From assembly GCF_004010195.1 (NCBI RefSeq), contig NC_057752.1, positions 15,356,502 to 15,392,701 of the forward strand: a stretch of DNA of 36,200 nt, given 5' to 3'. Source of the DNA: Chiloscyllium plagiosum. Its lineage: Eukaryota. Below are positions 22,470-35,248 of the stretch, one piece after another. The notes beneath the pieces were generated by a model. That model was not told the origin of the DNA. It made no database searches and saw only the letters and a program-made list of their open reading frames with translations. The translations under genes were made by a program, and so were the position numbers. Positions within the stretch are counted from its first letter, which is position 1, and the number at the start of each line of letters is the position of its first letter.

Positions 22470-22990
22470 GTATGTGTTTGTGCTGTGCCTGGCCGTATGG
22501 GGATGAATGATTGTGTGAAACTGAGAGTCTGTATATGGAAGAGCATGGCTCTCTCTCTCTCTCTGTCCGATTTTCTTTCTGTGCAAGTGTGTGTCTGTGT
22601 GGGTGTATGTGATGTGTGAGTTTGTGAATGTGACTGTGTGTAAGTATTTCCGTGCCCATGTGCATCGGGAGCTTTATTTGTGAGTGTGCATATGGTTTTC
22701 TGTTTAGTAGTTCCTTTTCTGTATGGATGTGCATGCGTTTGTGATAGTGGCCTTGTGTGTTTATGTATGCCTGTAAGTGTGCCTGTATTTGTGTGCCTGA
22801 TTCAATGTGTGCTTGTATCTGTGTATATGTTTTCCTCTCTGTGTTTGTTGGGTATTTGCATGTGTGTATACATACATGAATGTAAATATTGCTCTGTGTG
22901 TCCACATATACATTTGTTTCGATATATTTGAATGTGTGCTTTGACATGGGAATATTTCTCTATCTGTGTGCCTACCAGTGTCTGTCCATT
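22470..22990. repeat. Degenerate (TG)n-rich low-complexity tract with a short (CT)n
   Basis: Dense gtgtgt/atgtgt motifs, ctctctct at ~22549-22564. Confidence 0.8.
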
Positions 22991-23399
22991 CATCATGGGC
23001 TATGAAAGTGGATGGGAATGGTTCAGGCCTTCTTTCTGGGAAGAGGCTGATCGCCTTAAGACCATTCTGATGCGGTTTGGATGTGCAGAGGAATGACACG
23101 TTCATGGGGAACAGGAGGCAACTGAGGACCACAAACCGGAAAATTTGAATCTGTTGTGAAGGGTCAGGATAATTGCAGATATGCTTGGGAAGGGAGTGGA
23201 GAAGGGGAACGCAATGGATTCCAGGTGGGAAGAAATATATTCTGTGGGGCAGGAGCAGGCGGAAGAAATTGATACATTTTAGGAATGTTGTTCTCTTGAA
23301 GCAACTCAGGCTATGACTATTACAGTTAATATTGGGGAAGGGGAACCCTTTGTCATTGCTATATCACTTTTAAAGTTCAGTGAAATTTGCCTTTTGCTC

Positions 23400-23740
23400 C
23401 TTTTGGACTGCTATGGCTCTATGGATAGTACACTCCAAACAATGCGATTGCTCTACTTTTTGTTTTTACGTTCAAGACATACAGTTTCATTTGAGGTGCC
23501 TTCTTCAATGAAGCCCTTCCTTAATACTGTAAAAGATTTGCTGATCAATATTGCGACACACCTCCCCTTTTACCTCCTTTCCTGTCTCACTTGAAGTCTC
23601 TGTATTCTGGAATATTGGGCAGCCCCACTCAACCATGTGGCGGTGTTAGTAATGACATATTTTAATCTGCGCCCTCAACTCATCTATTTTGCTTTCCAGA
23701 CTCCTCCCATTAAAATCAATATTACCCATCCTTGTCAAAT
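23400..23740 (-). mobile_element. Old CR1 endonuclease-domain remnant
   Basis: Reverse complement gives NIPEYRDFK*DRKGGKRGG..AILI, homologous to 5560-5620. Confidence 0.55.
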
Positions 23741-23838
23741 TTCATGTTTCAACTGAACAATGTGCAGTTCCAATGTGAGTTCAGTTCCAAACATTGCCTA
23801 CTCAAAGGATATAGATAGTAGAATTCTATGACCGTATA

Positions 23839-24160
23839 CATGATTTGGAGATGCCGGTGTTGGACTGGGGTGTACAAAGTTAAAAATCACACAACGCCAG
23901 AATATAGTCCAACAGGTTTAATTGGAAGCACACCTAGCTTTCGGAGCGACGCTCCTTCATCAGGTGATAGTGGAGGGCTTAATCCTAACAGAATTTATAG
24001 CAAAAATTTACAGTGTGATATAACTGAAATTATACTTTGAAAAATTGATTGCCTGTTAAGCCTTTCATCTGCTGGAATACAGTGATAGTTTCACTTCTTT
24101 CATGTATAAATCACAAAAACTTTTTTTTTAAAGTTGCATTCTCGGGTTAGCTGTTAACAT
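23839..24160 (-). mobile_element. Probable PLE-type terminal repeat of a second family
   Basis: Contains a different hammerhead motif about 100 nt from its inferred 3' end. Family assignment is inferred from the ribozyme position only. Confidence 0.6.
23931..23967 (-). ncRNA. Minimal hammerhead ribozyme motif, second type
   Basis: Reverse complement UCAC-CUGAUGA-A-GGAGC-guc-GCUCC-GAAA-GCUA-GGUG: intact core, 5-bp stem II, palindromic AGCU, CUA triplet. Stem I is weak. Confidence 0.72.
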
Positions 24161-24164
24161 ATTA

Positions 24165-24459
24165 GGTAAAAGCAATGACTGCAGATGTTGGAAACCAGAT
24201 TCTAGATTAGTGGTGCTGGAAAAGCACAGCAGTTCAGGCAGCATCCGAGGAGCAGCAAAATCGACGTTTCGGGCAAAAGCCCTTCATCAGGAATAAAGGC
24301 AGAGAGCCTGAAGTGTGGAGAGATAAGCTAGAGGAGGGTGGGGATAGGGAGAAAGTAGCATGGAGTACAATAGGTGAGTGGGGGAGGGGATGAAGGTGAT
24401 AGGTCAAGGAGGAGGGTGGAGTGGATAGGTGGAAAAGAAGATAGGCAGGTAGGACAAGT
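24165..24459 (-). mobile_element. PLE-type 3' terminus with intact hammerhead core, running into the gap
   Basis: Reverse complement CTGATGAAGGGCTTTTGCCCGAAACGTCGA at 24290-24261. Homologous to 12577-12833. Confidence 0.85.
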
Positions 24460-25384
24460 NNNNNNNNNNNNNNNNNNNNNNNNNNNNNNNNNNNNNNNNN
24501 NNNNNNNNNNNNNNNNNNNNNNNNNNNNNNNNNNNNNNNNNNNNNNNNNNNNNNNNNNNNNNNNNNNNNNNNNNNNNNNNNNNNNNNNNNNNNNNNNNNN
24601 NNNNNNNNNNNNNNNNNNNNNNNNNNNNNNNNNNNNNNNNNNNNNNNNNNNNNNNNNNNNNNNNNNNNNNNNNNNNNNNNNNNNNNNNNNNNNNNNNNNN
24701 NNNNNNNNNNNNNNNNNNNNNNNNNNNNNNNNNNNNNNNNNNNNNNNNNNNNNNNNNNNNNNNNNNNNNNNNNNNNNNNNNNNNNNNNNNNNNNNNNNNN
24801 NNNNNNNNNNNNNNNNNNNNNNNNNNNNNNNNNNNNNNNNNNNNNNNNNNNNNNNNNNNNNNNNNNNNNNNNNNNNNNNNNNNNNNNNNNNNNNNNNNNN
24901 NNNNNNNNNNNNNNNNNNNNNNNNNNNNNNNNNNNNNNNNNNNNNNNNNNNNNNNNNNNNNNNNNNNNNNNNNNNNNNNNNNNNNNNNNNNNNNNNNNNN
25001 NNNNNNNNNNNNNNNNNNNNNNNNNNNNNNNNNNNNNNNNNNNNNNNNNNNNNNNNNNNNNNNNNNNNNNNNNNNNNNNNNNNNNNNNNNNNNNNNNNNN
25101 NNNNNNNNNNNNNNNNNNNNNNNNNNNNNNNNNNNNNNNNNNNNNNNNNNNNNNNNNNNNNNNNNNNNNNNNNNNNNNNNNNNNNNNNNNNNNNNNNNNN
25201 NNNNNNNNNNNNNNNNNNNNNNNNNNNNNNNNNNNNNNNNNNNNNNNNNNNNNNNNNNNNNNNNNNNNNNNNNNNNNNNNNNNNNNNNNNNNNNNNNNNN
25301 NNNNNNNNNNNNNNNNNNNNNNNNNNNNNNNNNNNNNNNNNNNNNNNNNNNNNNNNNNNNNNNNNNNNNNNNNNNNNNNNNNNN
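24460..25384. other. Assembly gap (925 N)
   Basis: Run of n. Confidence 1.
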
Positions 25385-28300
25385 TAAAATGCCTTTGGGT
25401 TCACCCTAATCCTTCCCGCCAAGGCCCCTCCGAGGTCTCTTCAGTCCATTTTTGAGTTCTTTCCTAGCTACCCTGTAAATCTCTAAAGCTGTGCCAGATC
25501 CTTGCTTCCACAACCTTAAGTAAGCTTCCTTCTTCTTCTTGACGAGAAGCTCCTCTTCTCTTGTCATCCAAGGCTCCTCCACCTTACCATTCCTTGCCTG
25601 TCACAGTTGGACAAAGTTATTTAACACTCGCAACAAGTGCTCCTGAAACTGCCTCCCTGTTTCTGTTGTGCATTTCCCGCAGAAGAACTGGCTTGGCTAA
25701 TTGCCTCACATCAAATCCAATATGCCCCCCCCTCACCAGTCAGCCTATATAAATATTGATTCCAGGACATATCTGACAAAATCAGCTCCATCCATGCCAT
25801 CTGCTCTAAGGAGGTTCCAATCAATATTGGGGAGGTTGAAGTCACCCATAGCAACAACTTTGTTACATCTGCAGCTTTCCAAGATCTGCTGTCAATCTGT
25901 TCTTCCATTTCTCTGCTGCTATTGGGGAGTGGGGGGTTTGTGGGGGAGGGGGGGCGGCTACAGAAAACACCCAATAAAGTGACTGCTCATTTCCCATTAC
26001 TGACTTCCACCCATACTGCCCATACTGACTTAGTAGACAAACCCTCCTCAATAACCTCCTTTTTTGCAGTTGTGATGCATTCTCGAATTAACAATGCTAC
26101 TCCCCCTCCTCTCTGTTCTTTTTAGAAGATCTAAATACTGGAACATCCAGCAACCATTCCTGTCACTGTGAAATCCATGCCTCCTTTCTCGCCATTACAT
26201 CGTAGTTTCAAGTAGTGATCCATGCGCTAAGTTCATCACTCTTATTCCTGATACTCTTTGCATTGAAACAGACACACTTTAACCCATCCCTTTTCCCTAT
26301 CAACTGTATATCCTTTCTGACAGACTCTCTGTATTCTATTTCTGCCTGTTCAACAACTACCCTCTCATCTGATCTTAAGCTCTGGTTCTCATCCCCCTGC
26401 CAAGCGAGTTTAAACCAGCCCAAAGTGCTCGAGCAAATCTCCCACCCAGAATATTGGTGTCCCTCCAGGCAACCCGTCCTTCATGTCCAGATCCCACCTT
26501 CCCCAGAAGGGACCCCAATGATCTACGTACCTGAAGCCCTCCCTCCTACACCAGCCCTGTAGCCACGTGTTTAGCTGCATTGCTCCCTGTTCCTAGCCTC
26601 GCCAGCACGTGGTATCAGTAGTAATCCAGAGATTGTTACTCTGCTCATTTTGCTTTTCAGCTTCCGAAAAGGATTTAGAACATTTAAGAAGAACAGGGAG
26701 GGTGGAAACAGGGGTGGAGGTGTTGGGGGGTGGAGGGGGGGGGTGTTGCGGTGTAGCAATACTAATCAGAGAGTGCATCACAGCTACAGAAACGAAGGTT
26801 GTTGAGGAAGGTTTGTCTATTGAGTCAGTATGGGTGGGAGTTAGGAACAGCAAGGGAGCAGCCACCTCATTGGGAGTTTTCTACAGACTTCCTAATAGCA
26901 CTAGAAAGATCGATGAACTCACACGCCAGCAGATTTTTGAAAAAGGCAGGTGTAGCAGGGTTGTTGTTATGGGTGACTTCAGCTTTTCAAAATTGACTTG
27001 AACCTCCTTAGTGCAGATGCTTTGGATGGAGCCGTTTTTGTCAGGTTTCCTTGCTCAGTATGTAGACAGGCCGACGAGGGGAGAGGCCATTTTGGATTTG
27101 GTGCTCAGCAATGAGCCAGGACAGGTGTCAGATCTCGCAGTTGGAGAACACTTTGGTGACAGTGACTACAACTGCCTCACATTTACCATAGCCTTGGAGA
27201 GGGCAGTTACTAAGGGAAGATACTTAACTGGGGAAAGGGAAATTTTGATGCTATCAGACAGGAGTTGAGAAGTACAGATTGGGAGCAATTGTTCCACAGA
27301 AAGGGCACAGCAGACATATGGAGACTGTTTAAGGAGCAGTTGTTGCGAGTGATGCACAAATTTGTTCCTCTGAGACTGACAAGAAGGGGTAAGATTAAGG
27401 AGCCTTGGGTGAACAGAGGAGCTTCTCATCAAAAGGAAGAAGGCAGCTTACATAAGGTGGAGGAAGCCAGGCTCTAGCACAGCTTTAGAGGATTACAGGC
27501 TTACTAGAAAGGAGCTCGGAAATGGACTGAGGAGAGCAAGGAGGGGGACCAAAAAAGGCTTGGCAGGAAGGAATAGGGTGAACCCAAAGGCATTTTACTC
27601 ATACGTGAGGAATAAGAGAATGATCAGGGAGAAGGTAGGGCCGATCAGCTAAAAGGAACTTATGCTTGGAGTCTGAGCTGATATGGGAAGATCTAAATGA
27701 GTCTTTTGTTTTGGTTTTCATAAAGGAAAGAGAGCTTGTTGTGAATGAGAACTTTGAGGAGCTGGGAAACAGGCTTGAACAGGTCAAGATTGATGAAGTT
27801 GATATTTTGGAAATGTTGGAAAACATTAAGAATGGTCAGTCCCCAGGGCCAGACCAGATTTATCCTAGGTTGCTCTGGGAAGCAAGAAAGGAGGTTGCTA
27901 AGCTGTTGGCGATGACCTTTGCCTCCTCATTCTCCATGGGAGTCATACCAGAGGATTGGTGGGCGGCGAACGTTGTTCCTCTTTTCCAGAAGGGGAATAG
28001 GGAAATCCCTGGCAATTATAGACCAGTCAGTCTTACGTCTGTGGTCAAAAAGGTTTTGGAAATAATTCTGAGGGATAGGATTTATGAATATTTGGGAAAG
28101 CATAGAGTGATTAAAGGCAGTTAGCATAGCTTTTGACTGCGAATTGAGTTCTTTGAGGAGGTAACGAGACAGGTCAATGACGGTCGAGCAGTGGATGTGG
28201 TATATATGGACTTCAGCAAGGCATTTGATAAGGTTCTCCATGGTATACTCATTCATAAAGTCAGGAGGTTTGGGATACAGGGAGATTTGGCTGTCTGGAT

Positions 28301-30230
28301 TCAGAATTGGTTGGCTGACAGAAGGCTGAGGGTGGTTGTAGATGAAAACTATTCTGCCTGGAGGTCAGTGATGAGTGGTGTTCCACAGGGCTCTGTTCTT
28401 GGGCTTCTGGTCTTTGTAGCTTTTATAAATGCCTTGGATGATGATTGTGAGGTGTGGGCTAGTACATTTGCCGATGACACAAAGGTTGGAGGTGCTGTTA
28501 ATAGTATTGAGGGCTATTGTAGGCTGCAGTGTGACATAGACAGGATGCAGAGCTGGTCTGAGAAATGGCAGATGGAGTTCAACCTGGATAAATGCGAAGT
28601 GATGCATTTTGGAAGGTCAAACTTGAATGCTAAATATAGGATTAAAGACAGGATTCTGGAGAGGCAGAGGAACAGAGGGATCTTGCATTGATCTTACAAA
28701 GTTGTCAATAAAGCATATGGTGTTTTGGCTTTCAGTAATGGGGGATCGAGTTTAAAGCTGCGAGGTTTTGCTGCAGCTCTACAAGACCTGGGTGAGACCA
28801 TACTTGGAATATTGTGTCCAGTTCTGGTTGCCCTATTATAGGAAAGGCTTTGGAGAGGATGCAAGGAAGGTTTAATAGGATGCTGCCTGGACTGGAGGGC
28901 TTGTCTTACGAAGAGATGTTGAATAAGCTTGGACCTTCTTCTCTGGAGAGAAGAAGGCAGAGATGTGACGTGATCAAGGTATACAAGGTAATGAGAGGCA
29001 TGGATAGAGTCGATGGCCAAAGACTTTTTCCCAGGGCAGGATAGACTGCCACGAGGGGTTATAGTTTTAAGGTGTTAAGAGGAAGGTATAGAGGAGATGT
29101 CAGAGGTAGGTTCTTTACGCAGAGAGTTGTAAGTGCATGGAATGTGTTGCCAGCAGTGGAATCAGAGTCATTAGGGACATTTAAGTGACTGCTGGACATG
29201 TACATGGCAAGCAGTGAATTGAGGGGTGTGTAGATTAGGTTATTTTATTTTAGATGAGAAATAATCCTCAACACAACCTCATAGGCCAAAGGGCCTGTTC
29301 TGTGCTGTACTTTTCTATGTTCTGTGTTCTATGTTCTAACTCTCTGAAATCACCTTTTATATCCTCATCCCTTTTCCTAGCTGTGTCATTGGTGCTAATG
29401 TCTACCATGACTACTGCTGTTTACCCTCCCCCTTCAGAATCTTGTAAACTCGATCAGGGACATTCCAGATGCTGGCACTTCCAACTATTGAGTCTCCTAC
29501 CACTAGCATTTCTCTATTCTCCCCCTTCCATTCTGAGCCAAGGAGTCCGTCTCAGTGCCAGAGACCTGGCCACTATGGTTTTCCCTGGTAGGTCCCCTCC
29601 CCCAGCAGTATCCAAAACGGTGCACTTATTACTGAGGGGAACAGCCACAGGGGATCCCTGCACTGTCTGCCTGTTCCCTTTCTGTTCCCTGACTATAATT
29701 CATCTATCTTTCTTTCTGTACCTGAGGTGAGACTACCTCCTATAACACCTTTCTATTGCACCCTCTGCCTCTTGAATGATCTAAAGTTCATCCAGCTTCA
29801 GCTCCAGTTCCCTAATGCAGTTTCCAAGGAGTGGGGGTTGGGAGCACTTCCCGCAGATGAAGTCAGTGGGGACACTATTGGCGACCCTTACCTCCTACAT
29901 CCCACTCCCTTACATCCATTCCCATTGTTCTGAATTCCCAAACAGACTATTGAAAAAAGCTAGTAACCTTAACAAATCAGTGCACAGAACTTTGTTTTGG
30001 TTAGAGGAGGAGGATGGGTGGGAGGTACTATCTAAGTAGTGTTTCAGGTAAAGTGACTGCCCAAATATATTACCTCACTTACTCAGCAGTCCCGTGTGCG
30101 CCCCTGCTCAGTGTGCACTTTGCCTATTCATGAGGTAAGTTATTAAAGGTTTAATTTACCTTCCCAGCAGCCCCCTCTTCCTCACTCTCACCACTCCCGC
30201 TGCTGCTGCACAAGTAAAGAAAGGGTGACT
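25385..30230 (-). mobile_element. CR1-type LINE 5' portion (ORF1 zinc-finger/coiled-coil/esterase-like plus ORF2 endonuclease), split by a nested CR1
   Basis: ORF1 pieces DFICGKC..IRELELKLDEL and DISTNDTARKRDEDIKGDFRE (right of 29339) join RKLKSKMSRVTISGLL (left of 26665). ORF2 start LKCVCFNAKSIRNK. Confidence 0.85.
26666..29338 (+). mobile_element. CR1-type LINE, nearly complete ORF2 (disrupted), nested antisense in the host CR1
   Basis: VMGDF, GEAILDLVLSN, NYRPVSLTSVV, MDFSKAFDKV, SGVPQGSVLG, FADDTK, and a (TGTTCTA)n tail. Confidence 0.94.
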
Positions 30231-30329
30231 TGGTGATGGGATATTGGCCTCTGTGCAGTTATTTCGCGCATCAAATAAATCACACCTTTCTTATTTCTCA
30301 GTTCCCCCATGTGCCCTCACTGGTTAATT

Positions 30330-30580
30330 CCAAACATGCACATGAGGATCAGTCTTCTCCTTGTCCATATATTAAAACTTACAGAATTATGATCACTCTT
30401 TCCAAAATGACCCCCAATTGATACATTGTTCATTTCTCAAGACAAGGTACTCTAATACAGCTACTTTCCTAGTTAGACTATCTGCATAGTCTTCCAAGAA
30501 TCCCTCCTGAGTGCACCTAACAAATTCTGTCCATCTAAGCCCCTGGCACTGAGGGAATCACAGTGAATATTGGGGAAAGC
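30330..30580 (-). mobile_element. Old CR1 endonuclease remnant
   Basis: Degenerate homology to 5090-5340 (FPNI..., LDGxEFV.C, HFGKSDHNSV). Confidence 0.55.
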
Positions 30581-30849
30581 GTAACTTCAGCTGCAAAAGG
30601 TTGCAGAATTCCGTCAGACCTTTTGGCACAGTTTATTGAAGTGTCAAGTGCTGTAATGGAGTTAACTATAATTTCTAACAACCACCAGCGCTCAGTTGAT
30701 GACTGTCTTGAAGGAGCATATGCAGTCTCCTGAATCAGCCTGAATTCAGGTTTTATTCAAAGAAAGCACAAGCTCAGAGTCTATTAGGCATTTTTTTTCA
30801 TCATAAAAGACAACTGGCTTCTTCTTCCCAATGGCTCTGGCATTTCTGT

Positions 30850-30975
30850 GGTGAAAGTGAGGACTGCAGATGTTGGAGATTAGAGTCAAGAATGTGTTGC
30901 TGGAAAAGCACAGCAGGTCAGGCAGCATCCAAGGAGCAGGAGAATCGACGTTTTGGGCAAAAGCCCTTCATCAGG
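30850..30975 (-). mobile_element. Short hammerhead-bearing PLE-type insertion (core mutated GAAA to AAAA)
   Basis: Reverse complement CCTGATGAAGGGCTTTTGCCCAAAACGTCGATTCTCCTGCTCC... Confidence 0.85.
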
Positions 30976-31426
30976 GTTTTCTTTTCATCCCTGCTCTGAA
31001 GATCAACTTGTTACCATCCGTAATGTACCCACTGTAAGAATCTGCCCGACAAAAAGTATGCTTCCCTCATCACCAAGCAACCTGTCAACAATGTGTACGA
31101 TTGTCATCTCAGATGTAAACCTTTTTAATAACAGCTCTTGTTCCTTGAGTTGTCTTTATGTTCATGCTGAGAAACACTCAATCCCTTCCACCCATCAGGA
31201 TTGAGACAGATAATAGCAACTTGCTTTGGAATTTACAAGCACATTGCTTCATCTGACTGTGGTCATTGTGAATTACAATCCACATTGCTCCATTATAGTT
31301 CTAACCAAGAACCAGACAGATATATCTGTGCATAGACTCTTAGTGCTGGAGACCTCCATCTTATGAGCAATGAGACAGATCTTAGCAACTCACTTTGGAA
31401 TTTAGAAGCATGATGCCTCATCTCAC

Positions 31427-33282
31427 TGCAGTACTTTTGATGACACCTTCCATCACTTCCTTGACGATCGAGAGGAGACTGATGGGGTGGTATTTGGCCA
31501 GGTTGGATTTGTCCTGCTTTTTTATGTACAGGACATATTTGAACAATTTTCCACATTGTCGGGTAAATGCCAGTGTTGTAACTGTACTGGAACAGCTTGA
31601 CTAGGGGAGTGGCAAGTTCTGGAGCACAAGTCTTCAGTACTGTTGCTGCAATGTTGTCAGGGCCCATAGCGTTTGCAGTATCCAGTGTCTCCAACCATTT
31701 CTTGATATCACGTGGAGTGAATCAGATTGGCTGAAGACTGGGATCTGTAATACTGAGGATCACTGGAGGAGGCCGAGATGGATCATCCACTCAGCACTTC
31801 TGGCTGAAGATAGCTGCAAAAGCTTCAGCCTTATCTTTTGCCCTGATGTGCTGGGCTCTTCCATCATTGAGGACGGGGAAATTTGTGGAGCTTCCTCCTC
31901 CAGTGAGTTGTTTAATCACACACCGCCATTCGTGACTGGATGTCGTAGCACTACAGAGCTTAGATCTGATCCGTTGGTTGTAGGATCTCTTAGCTCTGTC
32001 TATCACTTGCTGCTTCTGCTGTTTGGTGTGCAACTAGTCCTGTTTGGTGGCTTCACCAGGTTAACTCCTCATCTTCAGGAATGCCTAGTGCTGCTCCTGC
32101 AATGCCCTCCTGCATCCTCCATTGATCCCCTGGCTTGATGGTAATGGCTGAGTGGTGGATATGCCGGGCCATGAGGTTGCAGATTGTGCTGGAGTACAGT
32201 TCTGTTGCTCTTGATAGCCCACAGTGCTCATGGATGCCCAGTCTTGAGAGGCTAGGTCTGTTTGAAGTCTGTTCCATTCAGCACAGTGATAGTGCCACAC
32301 AACACAATGGAGGGTATTCTCAATGTGAAGGTGGGACTTCATCTCCACAAAGACTGTGTGGTGGTCACTCTTACTGATACTGTCTTTGACATGCATCTGC
32401 AGCCGACAGATTGGTAAGGATGAGGTCAGGTATATTTTTCTCTCTTGTTGGTTCCCTCACTACATGCTAGACTGGGTCTGGGGCAGCTATGTCCTTTAGG
32501 TCCCAACCAGCTCGATCAGTAGTACTTCTGTTGAGCCACTCTTGGTGGTAGACATTGAGATCCCCAACCCGGAGTACATGTTGCGCCCTTGTCATCCTCA
32601 GTGCTTCCTCTAAGTGCTGTTCAACATGGAGGAGTACTGATTCATCAGCTGACAGAGGATGATACGTGGTAATCAGCAGTCGGTTTTCTTGGCCATATCT
32701 AACCTGAGGCCATGAAACTTCATGGGGTCCAGAGTCAGTGTTGAGGACTCCCAGAGCAACTCCCTCCTGACTGTACCCCATTGCGCCACCACCTCTGCTG
32801 GGTCTGTCCTACCAGTGAGACAGGACATATCCAGGGATGGTGCTGGTGGTGTCTGGGACATTGTCTGTAATGTATGATTCAGTAAGTATGACTTTGTCAG
32901 TCTGTTGCTTGAATAGTCTGTGAGACAGCTCTCCCAATTCTGGCACTAGCCTCCAGATGTTAGTGAGGAGGACTTTGCAGGGTTGACAGGGCTGTTTATG
33001 CTGTTGTCTTTTCCAGTGTCTAGGTCGATGCCAGGTAATCCGTCCGGTTTCATTTCTTTAAGACTTCATAGTGATTGGTACAACTGAATGGCTTGCTAGG
33101 CCATTTCAGAGGGCAATTGAGAGTCCATCGCATTGCTGTGGGTCTGGAGTCACATGTAGGCCAGACCAGGTGAGGATAGCAGATTTCCTTCCCTGAAGGA
33201 CATTACTGAACCAGATGAATTTTTCTGACAATCAATAGTGGATTCATAATCATCAATAGATTCTTAATTCCAGATTTTTTTT
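31427..33282 (-). mobile_element. Non-LTR retrotransposon of a second CR1/Jockey-group family: 5' region, APE endonuclease, start of RT; 3' part missing
   Basis: VGDLNVYHQEWL, SDHHTVFV, KAEAFAAIFSQKC, AMGPDNIAATVLKTCAPELATPLVKLF. Sequence differs from the other CR1 copies. Exact clade not determined. Confidence 0.82.
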
Positions 33283-33299
33283 GAACGGATAAAGGATCA

Positions 33300-33792
33300 G
33301 TCAGCCCAGTTCCCAAAGAACATGACCTTGCTCTTGCCTCAATTTGCCTTGGTTCCTGAGCCCAATTCAAACTGATCACAGGTGTTTATGAGTCTGTGTA
33401 TTGGCAGAAGATCTAAGCAGAAAATGGTGACACCAACCACATATAGTGTGGCTTTGACCTGCAGGCATCTGCTGCCTGGAATAATCACCCTACTCAGCTC
33501 ACATCCTTCCAGATGGAGTTGGCAAAAGGTTGCATACAGGACATAAACAAGGCAGCAGAAAGAGGGCAACCCTGTCTGATTCCAGATCTGATCAGGAAAC
33601 TTTCTGATTCTCACCCATTGATTGAGATTGCACTAGTGATCTTGGTATAGAGCAGTTGGATCCAATCTTGCATTGCCATCCCAATGCTCATTTTGGAGAG
33701 CATGTTCCACATGGAGGTGTGTGATATCATGCCAAAGGCCTTTTCCTTGTCCAGACCAATGAAGCAAGTGTCCACAGCACTATCCTGCACAT
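33300..33792 (-). mobile_element. L1/Tx1-clade LINE RT fragment
   Basis: Reverse complement LDKEKAFGMISH...WIQLLYT...ING...SGIRQGCPLSAALF...QPFA, where RQGCPLS is the L1/Tx1 signature. Confidence 0.78.
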
Positions 33793-35130
33793 TGGGCCAT
33801 GCTCTCAGAGATCATCCTGACTGGTACAGCACAGTTTTCGAATTGTTTGCCATTAGAGATGCCCCAAATGTGTCTATTCAGTTTACTCGCTCAGAGTTAA
33901 TATTTGGACATGAAGTGTGGCGCCCTTTGAAATTAATTAAAGAGAAATTGACTGAACCAATGTCAGAGATTATGTATCAGAGGTGAGGAAGAGATTAAAT
34001 TGGATAGATGAGTTAGCTAAACAGCACCTGAAGACTGCACAACATAGAATGAAGCAGGTGGCAGATAAAACCTTTGACATATGCACATTTTCCCATGGGG
34101 ATGACGTATTAATATTGTTACCAGTAGTAGGAGATCCCTTCAAAGCCAGGTTTAGTGTCCCTATCAAATTGAGAAAAATTTGAGTCACGTAAACTACCTG
34201 CCAGATAAGAAAAAACTGTATCGGGTATGTCATGTGAATATGTTGAAACCCGATTTTAACAGAGAAAGGGAACTGGAGACTGCCCCGCAGTTAGTTACTG
34301 CCCCGCAGAGTGAGGAATCAAATCCAGATGTTGTGGAGCTTGATGTCCCTCGAAATGCATTAAACAATGAGGAAGTCCTTGAGAAGTGGGATAGGTTAGT
34401 AAACTATCTGTCTCAGGAGCAAGAAACACATTCAAAGGTTTATTACAGCAATATGAGATCATATGCAGGAATAAGATGGTGAGAGCTAATGCTATTGTGA
34501 AAGAGGTAGAAGTAGGGGATGCTGTTCCAATAAAACAACACCCCTACAGGCTTAATACTTTCAAAGCCACATAGATCCAGAAGGAAGTGGATGTGATGCT
34601 CAATGAAGATATCATCAAACCGAGTCAGACCGAGTGGAGTTCGCCGAGCATGTTAGTTCCCTAGCCTGATGGGACTCAATGATTTTGTGTGGACTATTGG
34701 AAGGTCAACACCATAACAAAATCAGACTCATACCCAATACCAAGGTTGGAGGGCTGTATGGAGAAAGTTAGACAAGCCAGTTGGACTTACTACATGGTTA
34801 TTGGCGGGTACTTTTATTCCAGAAATTGAAAGATTCTTCTGCATTTGTAACACCAAATGGGCTACATCAATTCAAAGGAATGTCCTTTGGAATGAAGAAT
34901 GCACCTATCATATTCCAAAGACTCATGAATAGAGTTGTGGCTGGGTTAACAAACTGTGCAGTCTATTTGGATGATGTAATGATCTTTAGTGAGTCATGGA
35001 AAGATCACATAATACAGCTGGCAGAGCTCTTTGAATGATTAAGAGAAGCAAAACTGGTAACAAACTTAAGGAAAACAGAATTCACGGAAGCAGAGGTAAT
35101 GTTTTTGGGACAAAGCATTCATCATGGAAG

Positions 35131-35246
35131 GAGAAAGTGAGGACTGCAGATGCTGGAGATTAGAGTCAACAGTGTGGAGCTGCAGGTCAGGCAGCATCCG
35201 AAGTGCAGGAAAATTGACATTTTAGGCAAGAGATCTTCATCAGGAA
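35131..35246 (-). mobile_element. Decayed short hammerhead-type PLE insertion
   Basis: aaagtgaggactgcagatgctggagattagagtc...caggtcaggcagcatcc...cttcatcaggaa. Confidence 0.8.
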
Positions 35247-35248
35247 CT

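Noticed and set aside
22377..23132. His/Thr- and Val/Cys-rich ORFs
   Set aside because: Translations of (TG/CA)n low-complexity DNA.
24328..25422. Two long ORFs (364 and 337 aa)
   Set aside because: Artefacts of translating the N gap.
25385..29338. Twin-priming 5' inversion of a single LINE
   Set aside because: The arms overlap by hundreds of bp and the host ORF1 continues after 29339, so nested insertion fits better.
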